Source of the DNA: Balanoglossus misakiensis
Taxonomy: Eukaryota > Animalia > Hemichordata
Length of the DNA: 64,000 nt
Reading direction: 5' to 3'
NCBI GenBank assembly: GCA_040954595.2
Contig: CM082595.2
Span: forward strand, 3,829,943-3,893,942
Part shown: positions 1 to 21,998 of the stretch, piece by piece
Position numbering within the stretch: position 1 is the first letter of the stretch
Layout: each line of letters opens with the position of its first letter
Translations under genes and position numbers: made by a program
The notes under the pieces: model-generated
What the model was told of the DNA's origin: nothing
Database searches by the model: none
Seen by the model: only the letters and a program-made list of their open reading frames with translations

Positions 1-1224
1 GCGCTATAAATTTTCCATTGAAATCAAAGATCCGTCAAAAAACACTGAAGGGAATAATCAGACGATTTGCGTGTTAAACGTGAAAATAATCCTGAGTTCA
101 CAGAACATGTAAGTCTGGAGGGTGTTGAACTGTGACCTCTCGTATTTCATTCCAGGCGCATAGATTGCATGCATGTCAGTAATTTGCACAGCGGTGCAAC
201 AGTGTGTTGTCAGAGAGATTTCATGAATCTAAGTCTACCCCGGGGAAATAACAGTTGTTCAAGAGGTCATTTGAAAAACAATTTGGGATTTTTGTTCCTT
301 TTGGCATCTGTTTGCTTCTACTTCTGACTTCAGACAGTTTTAGCAAACGAGAGCGATACGCTCAAGTCAACAAACAAGAAAGATGAAGAGAGTGCACAAT
401 TTCATTTACAGTGACACTTACAGTGTAGTCTGCTCATTTCCGACATCGTCACAGATGTGGAAAATAGCCATGCAATGAAATTGACCATTCCCTAAATATC
501 TTTACATTTCTGTTTTTCAAGCCGTGTTCAAGTATATTACTTGCTGTTCCTCATGACTGCATGTTTAAATTTCAAGATGTGTGGACAATGGAAGAACTGA
601 TGAAAATTTCTCTAGCAATAGCTCTGGTGAATTTGATATTTACATCCCCACAAATCATACTTATATGGTACAAATGTATATGCAAGTAAGCATTTCCTAC
701 AAGAAGACGGTATTAAGTTTGACAATTGTTTTTTTTAAAAAGTGTTGATGGGAGAAATCACGTAGATCGAGAAAGAATTCTCAAATTACGGATGCAAGTC
801 GTGTTCGCACAAGGTTGGCCGGGAAAGACTTCACATCAATCTCTGTTCCCGCTGGCAGATTAAATTTGCATTTCAGGGACGCTTTCACAACCTGTTTTAC
901 ACCTCGCAGAGAGTAAATAACGAGTCCATTGCTTTTTAAACTGCCAAACAGTCTTATGTTCACATGGTGGATCAGCACTGACATTGCTTGCCTAAGTGCT
1001 TTCAAAACACACCTCATCAATTAGTGGATCGCTCTGCCCGAACTCTGGGTGGCGCTATTTGTAATGTTTGTATCTGGCAACATACTTCATAATTATGCGT
1101 GCAATCTGTGATTTTCATCTATTAAGAGTCAGTGTCTCAAATTTTAGAAAGTTGAATTTACACCCTTTTGTGATTAATGGAAATGTTCATTATCGAGAGT
1201 AAAATGGAGGTACTATCTTTACAG

Positions 1225-4200
1225 ATTCTTCAGCTACACAATTAGGATTTGATTTGGCAGCAATGGAAACTAGGTGAGAAATCTTTTACCTTCCTTTTCT
1301 TGTGCAAGTTACGGTATAAGTCGTTTCACATCATATGGATGTAAAAAAATGTTTACTTGATTTAACAACTTTTCATGTTTCTCTCGAAGGTTACAACACA
1401 TGGAGAAAAAAGTCGTCACTGAAGGCGGAGAAACTCCTTCCATTGTTTATGAACTTAGAAATAAAGTTGAACAATTCAGGGAAAAATTAGAGGTAAAGTA
1501 ACAGTTGTGGTTACGTCAACTTTTAGACTGTACTACTATTATGTCCTCCTATGAGCTTGCTTGATTATAAATGTATAATGGACTTTGTGAATATATAATG
1601 AACTTTGTGAATATATAATGAACTTTGTGAATAAATAATTAACTTTGCTCTTGCTCTGTCTCATATTCCCCAGACTGTTGAACATTTAAGTTGGCTGGGA
1701 CTTTTCAAAGAAATTCCATGTGAAAATTCACCACCATTTTACACAAATAAAAAACTTAGAAAAACTCCAGAAGAAGAGAGGCGGGTATGGGAAAAGTTTA
1801 GAAAAATTAGGTGAGTATTACGAATCATTGAAAATAACTAAAGTCAAACCTGTGTTAGTGGCCACTTTGTTACAGTCCCTGTGCAGTTTACATGTACATC
1901 ATGATCAGAAGATCTGTCAAACTTTCTATTGCTGGTACTTTTGATTGTTTACTACACTTTAACCTGTTGTATTTTTTACAGCAATGTTCAAATGGCAGAA
2001 AATGTAAGAGTCTATCTCAGGAAACCCACATTTGACAATTGGCAATGGGAAGACGCAGAAATGTTGATGTTACTTCAACAGATGTACATAGATTTAGAAT
2101 TTGTTGAGACGTTTAACATTGAGGTAGGTGAACTGTTGGTGTTACTTTAAATAATGTACATAGATTTAGTTGAGATGTTCAGATATGGCAAAGTCTCGGA
2201 AAGTTGTGAGATTTCACTAGAGAATATTCTATTATGTGAATTGTGTAGCAAGCTAAATTTGATTCTCATTCTGTTCTCATCCCAATCTCCCTGTTTTTTG
2301 ATCTCCTTTCAGATGCCAGTATTACAGAACTTCCTTTTTGAAGTTTACAGACACTATAACCATGTACCATTCCATAACTTTAAGCACTGTTTCTGTGTTG
2401 CACAAATGGTAGGTTCTCTCTGTGTTTAATATTCTCTATGTAAAAAAAGAGTTGATGTTTGACTTTGGTGACTATTATTAAAATCTGTCAACAATTCTTC
2501 ATTTTATTTTATTTTTCCATCTCCCTGTTCAGATGTATGGGATGTCCTGGCTCGCAAACCTTTGTGAGAGAATAGGACCCCTAGACACCATGTCGCTCAT
2601 AACATCAGCTATCTGCCATGATTTAGATCATCCAGGTTACAATAATGCATATCAGGTAGGTCAATAGTATATGCTGTTTCCCCCCATTTATGTCACTGTT
2701 TATGATTGGTCAACAATGTATCACATGACCTACTTGAAGCTAGATACAGCTATCATTATATATCCTATTTTGAAAGGAATCAGTGGATTAAAATATCTAC
2801 TTCTGTTCTTGATGTTGCCCTCACAGTGTTCTCACTACTTCTCTTTGATAGGTTAATGCAAGGACGGAGTTAGCACTCAGATACAATGATATATCGCCCT
2901 TAGAAAACCACCACTGTGCAGTAGCATTTGAAATTCTGGAAAATGTAAGTGTGAAAGTTGTGGTTTGATGGAAATGTCTTGTGTTGTTCCTGCCGTTAAC
3001 TCAGGAAATCTATGGGTTCCTATTAGGGCTCAAAGTTGTCATTAGTCACGAAATTAATGGTACTTCTGGTAATTAAGACAGAGACGGAAAGATATCTGGA
3101 ACGACGTTTTAAATACGCAGTGTCACTCAGAGAGAAGTGACATGGAATAAACTTTGTCTTCAGTGGAACATTTTCCACGTAACCCAAATTCCAAGCGATT
3201 AAACTTTCTTAAAGTTCACATACTCATGTGTTTACTGAGGAATCCTGGCATAGTTGGAACCGGAATGGATTCCACATTGTTCCAATGCATGCAAGCGGTC
3301 TCTATGACAAGATTTCTGATTTATTGGACTGCTGTAACAACTCTCGCATGCCAGACATCGGTAGTCGGATTCTGTTCAGTGGTTCAGATGTAATAACTTA
3401 GACAGATGTGTCTGCTTGGATTGTACATGCAGACAGAAGATGTTTTGCTCAAGACAATTTTGTCTGATTCGCTCTTAAAATATAGAGTCAAAATTAAAAC
3501 TGAAATGATGGCAAAAGTCAGCGACACTGCCCTTTTATAATGACATGTGGCAAACATAGAACCAGACCTATCAGGAACTGATGATGTTAATCCCTGTCTT
3601 CCCATCAATACATCCTTCTCTTTTTCCCGACAGCGGGAATTCAACCTCTTCAAGAACGTCTCACCGGACCAGTTCAAGAGGATACGAGAGAACATGATTC
3701 GCTGTATCCTAGCAACGGACATGGCAAGACACAACGAAATTCTCAACAAATACAAGGGTTTGTTGGAGAATTTCGATTTCACCAACAAGGACCACAAAGA
3801 TACAGTAAGTGGACTAAACTCGACCTTGCATGGTCTAGACGTGTGAGAAACTAAATTCAGAAATATGGGTATATGTACATCTACTACAAAATGTAACATT
3901 GAACTATACTCTGTGTTTTAGCTAATGATGATCCTCATCAAAGTATCTGATATATCAAATGAAGCTCGACCAATGGACGTATCAGAACCATGGCTAGACT
4001 GTCTTTTACAGGAATTCTTTAACCAGGTTGGTTTAACCCACAACATTACATACATGGACATAATTATTATATTTGTGCCAAGTAGAGCACAGTACAGTCC
4101 AATGATATTTGTTTTGCAAAAGATCCAACAACCGGCAAAGTGATCCACATGAGAATAGAGATACAGCCATTTGCTGTACGATTAATCAAGAATCTATCTA

Positions 4201-4971
4201 CAGTTATGTTTTGTTTTGTTCATTTTGACCACAGAGTGATGTAGAGAAGTTGGAAGGACTACCCGTGGCACCGTTCATGGACAGGGACAAAGTAACGAAG
4301 CCATCGTCACAGACTGGTTTCATCCGGTTTGTGTTGCTGCCATTGTTTGAAGCATTGGGGGCACTACTACCTGAACTCGATGTGAGTTTGACACTTTTAT
4401 GTTTAGTCGTGTATAAATGAAATATATACAGTAAAACCTGTCTAAACCTGACATAAAAAGGGACTGAGGTTTCTGGTTTATAGAGGTTATGTTATGGTCT
4501 GATGTCAAAGGGACAAGGAAGGGTGTTCGGAATAGACAGGTTTCCAGATTATACCAGTTTTACTGTACCATATCATTTGGTTTTGATTGGACAGGAATTT
4601 GAACAAGAAAGTGCAGTACGCACAGAACAAGAATATCAGAACACAATTGCTAAGTTAAAGTTACAGTTTATAGAGCATTAATGTGTAACCTCTCTTTCTC
4701 TCTCTCGATCATACAGCCACAAATTATTCAGCCTGTGAGGGCAGCACTCCAATACTACACAGACATGGGCAAGGCACTGGAGGAAGAAAACAGGAAGAGA
4801 GTGGAGAGGGACGCCAAGTCGAAAACGAAACAGAACGGCGTCATCAACGAACAGAACGGCATCAAAGAGAACGGCATTCCCGAGAAGAAGAAAGAGCCGC
4901 TGAACAGAGTCAGCAAGTTCGGCAGAAGTAGTACGCCGACTAAAACACTTCCAGCCGGCAAAGTGAAATGA
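1225..4971 (+). CDS. PDE9A: High-affinity cGMP-specific phosphodiesterase 9 (5'-partial, multi-exon)
   Basis: GT-AG exons at about 1225-1273, 1390-1492, 1674-1810, 1982-2123, 2313-2408, 2533-2655, 2852-2944, 3634-3804, 3922-4026, 4235-4381 and 4717-4971 join in frame. Class I PDE motifs: [71 protein letters not shown] (PDE9-typical). No start exon identified in the window. Confidence 0.92.
1571..1648. repeat. 20-bp intronic minisatellite (about 3.5 copies)
   Basis: Unit tataatg(a/g)actttgtgaata repeated directly in a PDE9 intron. Confidence 0.8.
4429..4565. mobile_element. Tc1/mariner-pogo (Tigger-like) MITE
   Basis: TA|cagtaaaacctg ... cagttttactg|TA: terminal inverted repeats with TA flanks, about 137 bp, intronic. 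Confidence 0.7.
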
Positions 4972-7312
4972 TCGAGGCCTCGCGTGTTTGCGTGTGTTTT
5001 TAGAAGTACATTAAACTGGCCTAGACCGGTTTTGGTTTATGGTGGGGGAAAATAAACGCCAGCACAATCTGGTCAGGGCCGGTATGGACCAGTTCAAACT
5101 TTCCGATAATCAGATATTGTAAATAAGTGCGGATCAGGAGTCATCTGATGAGAGGCGCGATCCAAACTGGTTTGATCTAGTTCTGACCGGTTCCAGAAGT
5201 TGCAGGCATGAAGCGTGCCGATCAAATATTAAAAGTTGTCAGATGGAGAGAATCTATGACCACATCAACGAAGGTGGAATAGCGGTATCAGTGCCGCTGA
5301 GCTGAAACCTTTCGTATAAAAAAGTTATGAGAACAAAAAGTCCTGCAACCGAAGATCGTCAGAACTCGCCTAAACCAATTTGGATCTAACTGGTACCTAT
5401 TTGAACTGGGAATCTAAAAACAGTCTGAGCAGTTCAGAACCAGTTAGAACCCGTTCCTACCAGTATTAGTGATACAACGGAGAAGAAATTCAATTCTAAA
5501 TTTACAGGTTGAGGGGATCTTTTGTAAATATTTATGGGCAGTGTCCGAAGAAAACTGCCAAGCATCCTAGGCAAAATCTATTTTTAACATACTTGATAAG
5601 TGTAATGTATGTAACTGTATGGAGGAAATGTTATGTTTAAAAGGGGATCTGTCTACCTCCTTATGTATGATAATATAGAACAAGGGTATACGTTCTTTTA
5701 ATATATATTAGCATCAAGGTTTATCTGATAAAATTATTGACACAATGGCATATATTTCCCAGTGCATTTTATAATTTTATGCGTACTGATCGACATGTTT
5801 TTAGGTCCCATTTGGTTTATATGTATATATATACCATGGGACCTTATGGGATCGGTTGTTGTTATTTCCCAGCATGCTTAGCACAGCTCTGTCCCAGAAT
5901 GCACTGTTCAGTCGGGTTTGATGGTTTTTATTTCTGTACTCTTGTGCTGACTTGGGTCAAAGTACAGTGGTGAGAATGTAAAGGGCAACAAAGTCAATCA
6001 TTTTGAGCCAGAAACTATAGAGCATTTTTCGTATTAAGGGGAAGATCTTTACTGATTTTTATGTTTTTTTTAGAATGTGAGAATCTTTGTCGCAAATCAT
6101 GGGCTGTACGGTTCTCTGGCTGGCGAACGTTGGAATCCTGCCCGATTTAGGAAATTTTGATGAAGCTCTTACGATCAATCTGAGGTGACTGAATTAAAGC
6201 ATTTGTACGGTAGAAAGCTTTTGAATGCACTGAATTAATGAAAGATTAAATGAAAAGATGTTTCAAACCAACATGGGAATGAGATTTACACATTAAGAAT
6301 CAGCTGTCAACACTGCTGCATAACAACCCAGACAATCATTCAGAAATCAGAACGTTTTCTCTAATTTTTAAAAAGAGTACAAATTGAATTTAACGTACTG
6401 AAAATTATTGTATTTAGATTACCGATGGACTTATATATTTCATAAAATATATTAATGACAAAAGCATAATTTAAGATTTCACATCAAGTGCAAATACAAT
6501 CATGGTGATAAGACTTTTGCAGTGTTAGTTTTTTTGTGTTTTTCTTTTGGGAGGGGGGTCACATTAGAATTTAACATAACTGCAGATTTATCTGTAAAAC
6601 AGTGCATATAAACATTTTAATCATGAAATTGCCGAATTATGTTAATACACGCGTTAAAGTTTCTGTAGTGTTTTGATTAAGCACCATTGATAATCTACAG
6701 TAACGTTTATTTGAACACAGGTGGCGCTATTGACTGTCATGAGATGTTTTCAGGTTGTTGTTAGATTGAACTTTTACTGGGGATTCTAAATTGTCACATT
6801 TTTGTAGTTTGGTTTGTTCATTGATCTTTTATTTATTTTAATCATCAAAATTAGTGATCCATTAATTTACACCATTAAGATTGCAGTAGAAAATGGGTAT
6901 CGATGTTGCCATATTTATCCTACGCAACCATATGTGGCACAAGGTTTATTTTTTGCCAGAGAGTCAGTGCACTAATTATATTAACATGCAATCATACATG
7001 AGCAATCTGGATTATTACGTAAATTAAAACAGATTTTAGAACTTTATCGTTGACAGAATGTACTTGACATTGAAATTTGAGAAGTGGAGGGGTCTGCCGT
7101 TGTGATTCTAATTCAAAGGACTAAATGTTCTAGCCAGCTGGTCGGAGAAAGAAAAAATTCCCAGTCATTTTAATTTCTATTTATTAGTAAAATACCTCAT
7201 TCTATTAGGGGATCATAGAGATGAAGCAATAGAAACCTTATTTAGCATGTGTGTGTGTACTCATTCAAGAATTAACCTGAATACATATCTTAGCAAATGA
7301 AAAAATATAAGT

Positions 7313-7458
7313 CAGTCAAACCTGTATATAGTGACCAGCTAAGGTACTTAAACTGGCCTTAACAGACAGGTGGCCTTTATACTAAGACAGGCCGATTAGT
7401 GTACATGTTAAATGCACAGGGAATGTAACAAAGTGGCCACTGTATAGAGGTTTGACTG
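7313..7458. mobile_element. Tigger-like MITE in presumed PDE9 3' UTR
   Basis: cagtcaaacctgtatatagtgacca ... tggccactgtatagaggtttgactg|TA: imperfect TIRs of about 25 bp. Confidence 0.7.
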
Positions 7459-9182
7459 TAATGGTCGTTACCTTTTTTTCTTCTTACACTTAGCAGTGAT
7501 CCAGTTTCATTTGGGGAAAAGTGGTTGAAATGACAATACGATCTGTGCTGTATCCTGTTGAGTTTATCTTGTGAAGAAATCTTTCTGTGGTTGCTGGTAG
7601 TCCATTGGCAAAATCAGGAATGGAAATACTTTAAGCTACTCCTCACAGTTTATATATTACCTCAGTTGTTTTATCTGGTAAAAAAGTGCAAAATTCATCA
7701 CTTTTTATTCTGGCAATTAACATTTCTTAATGACCGAAATTTTGAACAAATAGCCGCAGGTTGATGGTAATTTCACTTCTACGAAATCATCACTTTCTGT
7801 GCTCATATTGTACTAATCCCAACACTGCCTGTTGCTCGTAAATCCAAATTCAAGTTTGCTTCTGGTTTATCATGCGGTCTTTTATCTGTTAAAAGTGTAA
7901 TGTTCAAATGACATAAGGGGGAATTTCTATATTATACATCATTCATATATAAGATCATCTTCACCCAAGGACTGTTTTTGATACCTGATAATGTAGTTCT
8001 TAAAAATTAAACAACCCTTTCTGTTCTGGTTTTTCATAATGTCAGCCTAGGATGTGTTCATGTTTACTATGGTACTGTATTGATTTTTATATTTTATTTA
8101 TGATGTCTATATATATACCCTTTTCTGGACCTTTCATCAAAACTTGAAAACATGAGATTTTATGTACAAATAATGTATTGTTGGATAATTTTTGTTTTAA
8201 ATTTCTTTTTTTGAGGGCACGTGATTTATTCTCCATCTGGTGGTTCTTCCAGAAGTGACAAATTGTATTTTCTGATGTTTTTTCTGGTAATGTCTGTGAT
8301 AGTTTAATCATGTTTTTCGCACATTTGTGAAATTCTAAACCACAGAGATTTGGAGAGCTCTAAGGGAGGTGGTCATTCAGGTGGGAGGGGTCATTTTTAG
8401 GAGACTGGACATCTTATTGTAATATTTATGGTGGGTGGGAGTTTGAGAAATCATGATAAAATCCCCGAATCAGTTTTTCGTTAGTCTTGTCTAATTCTGG
8501 ATTATTTTTGTTTCATTTACACTATTGTATGTAAAATAGGGTGATGGCGAATTACCTAAAACACCCCCTTGTTTGTAGTTTTCATTTTTGCTTTCTTTCA
8601 CCATTTTGACAGAAAACAATCAGTGTGTTGCTGTAACCCCGTGCCATGCAATGCAACCATGGAACGCAATATTTAGAACGTTATGTGTCATACATAACCC
8701 AACCAGTGCAGTGCAAATTTTCAGCCTCATCTTCAAAACCCCTAAACCCTACAAATGGCACTGCTGGTCGCCATGACAATAGTGATGTTTAACACAGCGT
8801 GCCAGGCTCTCAATGTGTGCTGCATAATTTCATTACGCATAATTTAATCATTAAAAACCGTACTGTCAGCTATGTCATCTACCTGTCAATGTTAACTTCG
8901 TTCGTTATTTCTTCAGTCGGAATCCAAGAGTAATTTCTGCATGTTGGCCAACCGATGTTTATAATCATGTCCACTTTTTTCCATTCTTCCATTGTCTAGG
9001 TTGGTCTCCTTTCATGTAGAATTTCAAGTCCTTTTGGCACAAAGAGAACCAGTGTTTTGAGATCGAGATGAGTTTCTGTCGATGTAAAGACTTTTTTGCT
9101 TCCTTAGGATCTATTTTTCTCCCAGAGCATTATATCAAGCATGTACATGTATATTGTCTTCTGATATATTCAGTTAATTATG

Positions 9183-9231
9183 AATAAAAATTGAACCATT
9201 GAAGAGAATCAGTGTTGTGTCTGCTTTTATT
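9183..9231. terminator. Back-to-back candidate polyadenylation signals of PDE9 (+) and PIK3R4 (-)
   Basis: AATAAA on + at 9183-9188 followed by GT-rich sequence; TTTATT (AATAAA on -) at 9226-9231. Confidence 0.5.
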
Positions 9232-9848
9232 TGTTGTTGTGAATGTTAAAGTGAAACTGTATACAGTGTACAATGTATGTGCACATAAATTGTTGGTTGT
9301 ACCAAAGCTCAATGTACAAAGATAAGCTGACATCAAAAGGACAAAAATTCAACCTGCCCCTCAATGTAATAACATCCTACAACAGCCTGAAATAAAGTAA
9401 CTTACCTAAACAACTTGAACTTGTGACTAATAAAGAAAGCTAAAGTAAGCACTCTCTGACTAAAAAAGACTGCTGATGGTTTCTTAGTCGGTGTCTTGAT
9501 CATTTGAGGAAATTCTTAATCTCATCTTGCTGTACAGCCAACACCAGTATGAAATTCTGCAACAAAGTTAATCCTGATCACTCTAAGCTACAACTATATC
9601 TGTGATATTTCTGTCTGTAAGATACAAATATTTCGTTTCAAAATTAAAGTAATCTGTGCTCTAGATTGCACTGGTTCAAGGTAAACTGAAAAGTATGTAC
9701 AAGTCAATGACTGCCCAAAATATTGGCAGGGGAATGTAAAACAAAAAAAAACAAATTCCCATTTTAAATCTGTGGAGCTTACAGTGTAAATCAATAAGCA
9801 CACACACACACACAGTACAGGGGATTGGTCTGCGTAATAGTACTGTGA

Positions 9849-19615
<9,767 letters not shown>

Positions 19616-20068
19616 GACTCTGCTTCACTTCTTCTACAAACAGATGACAGGAATGTTTACGTCCCTCTGTCACGGATATGGAAATTTGTCATTGCTTCGA
19701 AATTAACACTGAAATTAACATAGTGGAAGAAGTTGAGGTTATTTGGAAGAAAACAGCACAAATTGTGTGAATTAATGGTAATTTCAGAGTAGCATTATAT
19801 ATAGCTGTGGTAACGGAGCGGTACAGCTGCGTTACCACAGCTACATTAGATAGTACACACGACCATGACACGACCTACATCACAACCCAGTACATACTTG
19901 ACTAGTGGTAGTACCCTCCCCCTTCCCTAGATTGGCCCCTCCCCCTTTTTACGGAAATGTACACAAAGACCCTATACAAGAACCTCTCCATATATTCTGC
20001 ACCTATACCCACAAATCTTACATATTTTAATGAAAGCAGTAGTTTCAAAGCAAAACCTGATAAATTTA

Positions 20069-20830
20069 CCTTGTCGTTTGGCAAATTTGTTCTTGATCTT
20101 CGCAGCTGCAGCAGTCACTTCCTGTTTTGGATTTTTTCGCAAAGCATTCTGGTTTATAGAGCGCCCTCTCTCAGCAGCCAATACTGTTTTAGTTGAATAT
20201 CCGAATAAAAGTACTTTGAATGGCGATAACGGGGTATTGTCGTCAATTAGAATTCATCTGTGCATTTATTAATCACTACAGTGACACTGTGACTATAATA
20301 ATTTGCCCGTCCTAGTACTTTCGAGACGGCAATATATTAATTTACTACTTAGGTGGCCTTTCCACTTTAAGGCTAGCCTAAGTGGTGAAAGATGGCTTCC
20401 CATCGAGTTGTTTTTTAGCATTCAGGAACGACGCCCTAAAGAAAACTCCATTTTCTTCAGGAATTCGGTCCAGATCGGACGTATTTTGTGGATGAACACG
20501 GTGAGAACATTTGGGGGAGTGTATTGGATAAATTTGACGCCGACTGCGAACCGCACAGGCAAGAAAATCCAAGTTCGTTGGGTATGGTTTTGTACTGACT
20601 TCACAGCATGAGTCCAGTTGAACTGAAACGTACAGAATTGTGTACATTCGAGTCGTCTGCCGTACAGTAGGCTGAAATCCGTCGCAGGAACTTGAACTGT
20701 CGTTTGGCACATACTTGACTCAACACCCAGACGGTCTTTTAGACTTTGTCGGAAAGGGGAGAGAGGTTTAGATTCGTCGCAAAGCGTACACAGAAATCGA
20801 CACCCCCTGGAGAGAAGAACACAATCTGTC
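20069..20830. promoter_or_regulatory. Probable bidirectional promoter region of PIK3R4 and the C2H2 gene
   Basis: Head-to-head ATGs 1.2 kb apart. ETS-type site CACTTCCTGT at about 20116. A candidate minus-strand donor (aag|gtaaat, about 20068) and an acceptor just upstream of the PIK3R4 ATG imply a non-coding first exon. Confidence 0.45.
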
Positions 20831-20831
20831 A

Positions 20832-21998
20832 ATGTCAGACGCCATGGCTAGCTTCCCTTACCAACCCAGCGTCTCAGAGCAACAGCAGTGTCAGTATGGC
20901 CGTCCCGGTACCGTGTCTGTCTCCACAACTCATCGGAGCAACGTGGCGTTACCGACCACCTCGCACGACATGCAGCAGAACGCCTGGTCTTCGGCCTGCT
21001 CGTACGGGGGAGGCAAGCCGGTTCCGGGCGTCGACCCCAGCGACATCAACAGGCACCTCGCCCAGAACGCCGGTGTACCTCTGCAGTTTCCCATGCACCT
21101 CACGAAACCGACCAGCGTCGCCATCGCCACATCCCACGGCATGATCAAGGTGCCCATCCCACAGGCGACCCAGATGAGCGCGTTTCAAGTCCAGGGTTCA
21201 GTGCCCCAGCAACACGCATTCTCAGTGGAGAGGACAGACCCCAGCCAGGCGACAGAAGAACACGGCTCACACAAGTCATCTCAGGGGAAAGATCTACCTG
21301 AGCGGAAAGTAGTGCCGAACATCAAAATCGGGCAGATGCTACAAAAGGAAAAAGCTCTCGGTCGACCGCAGGAGAAGTCAGCCGCAGAGACTAATGCGAG
21401 GCCGAGTGGGGAGTATAAGTCTGACAGTAGCGGAGAAGAACTGAACAAGTCGGAAGAAAAAGGGGCTCCGAAGCTGCCGGTTGCTGAAACGTATTCCATC
21501 GCTCACCCTCTGGAAAGTAAACCCAAGAAGAAGAAGCACAAGTGGACCGGTTCCGGAGAGATGAAGACCGGCGCCTCCGCAGGGGGGAGCCACCACAAGA
21601 AGCCGAAGAAGCACGCCTGCGACGTGGTCGCGGCGGCGGCGGCCGGCCTCGAGGTCTTCATCTGCAGCTCGTGCGGCAAGCAGTTCGCCGAGGACAAACA
21701 CTTGAAGCGCCACCAGCTGCTGCACAGCAACGAGCGGCAGCACAAGTGCAGCCTCTGCGGCATGGCCTTCATCCGCGCCGACCACCAGCGGCGACACGAA
21801 AAGACTCACACGGGAGAGCGCCCGTACGGCTGCAACGTCTGCAGCAAGGCCTTCACCAGAGCCAGTCACCTGAAGCGGCACAAGCGTCTGCACTCGGGGG
21901 ATAAACCCTTTGAGTGCGACGAATGCGAGAAAGCATACATCGACCCGAGCCATTTAAAGCGACACAAGTTAACTCATATTCGCCTGCTGACGGACTGA
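20832..21998 (+). CDS. Kruppel-type C2H2 zinc finger protein (4 fingers), single coding exon
   Basis: 388-aa ORF with four C-x2-C-x12-H-x3-H fingers, linkers TGERPY and SGDKPF, a basic NLS-like stretch (KPKKKKHK) and a low-complexity Q/S/P N-terminus. Confidence 0.9.
   Translation: MSDAMASFPYQPSVSEQQQCQYGRPGTVSVSTTHRSNVALPTTSHDMQQNAWSSACSYGGGKPVPGVDPSDINRHLAQNAGVPLQFPMHLTKPTSVAIATSHGMIKVPIPQATQMSAFQVQGSVPQQHAFSVERTDPSQATEEHGSHKSSQGKDLPERKVVPNIKIGQMLQKEKALGRPQEKSAAETNARPSGEYKSDSSGEELNKSEEKGAPKLPVAETYSIAHPLESKPKKKKHKWTGSGEMKTGASAGGSHHKKPKKHACDVVAAAAAGLEVFICSSCGKQFAEDKHLKRHQLLHSNERQHKCSLCGMAFIRADHQRRHEKTHTGERPYGCNVCSKAFTRASHLKRHKRLHSGDKPFECDECEKAYIDPSHLKRHKLTHIRLLTD

Noticed and set aside
1-1224. 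Upstream PDE9 exons (for example the open frame at 2-108 with a donor-like gtaagt)
   Set aside because: The phase does not match the exon at 1225 and there is no recognisable homology; cannot be supported.
4969-5055. Stop-codon readthrough or selenocysteine at the PDE9 TGA
   Set aside because: The context is TGA-TCG rather than TGA-CTAG, the extension is short and featureless, and no SECIS was seen.
20888-21953. Overlapping alternative-frame and antisense ORFs over the ZNF gene
   Set aside because: Expected shadow ORFs of GC-rich coding DNA; no recognisable motifs.
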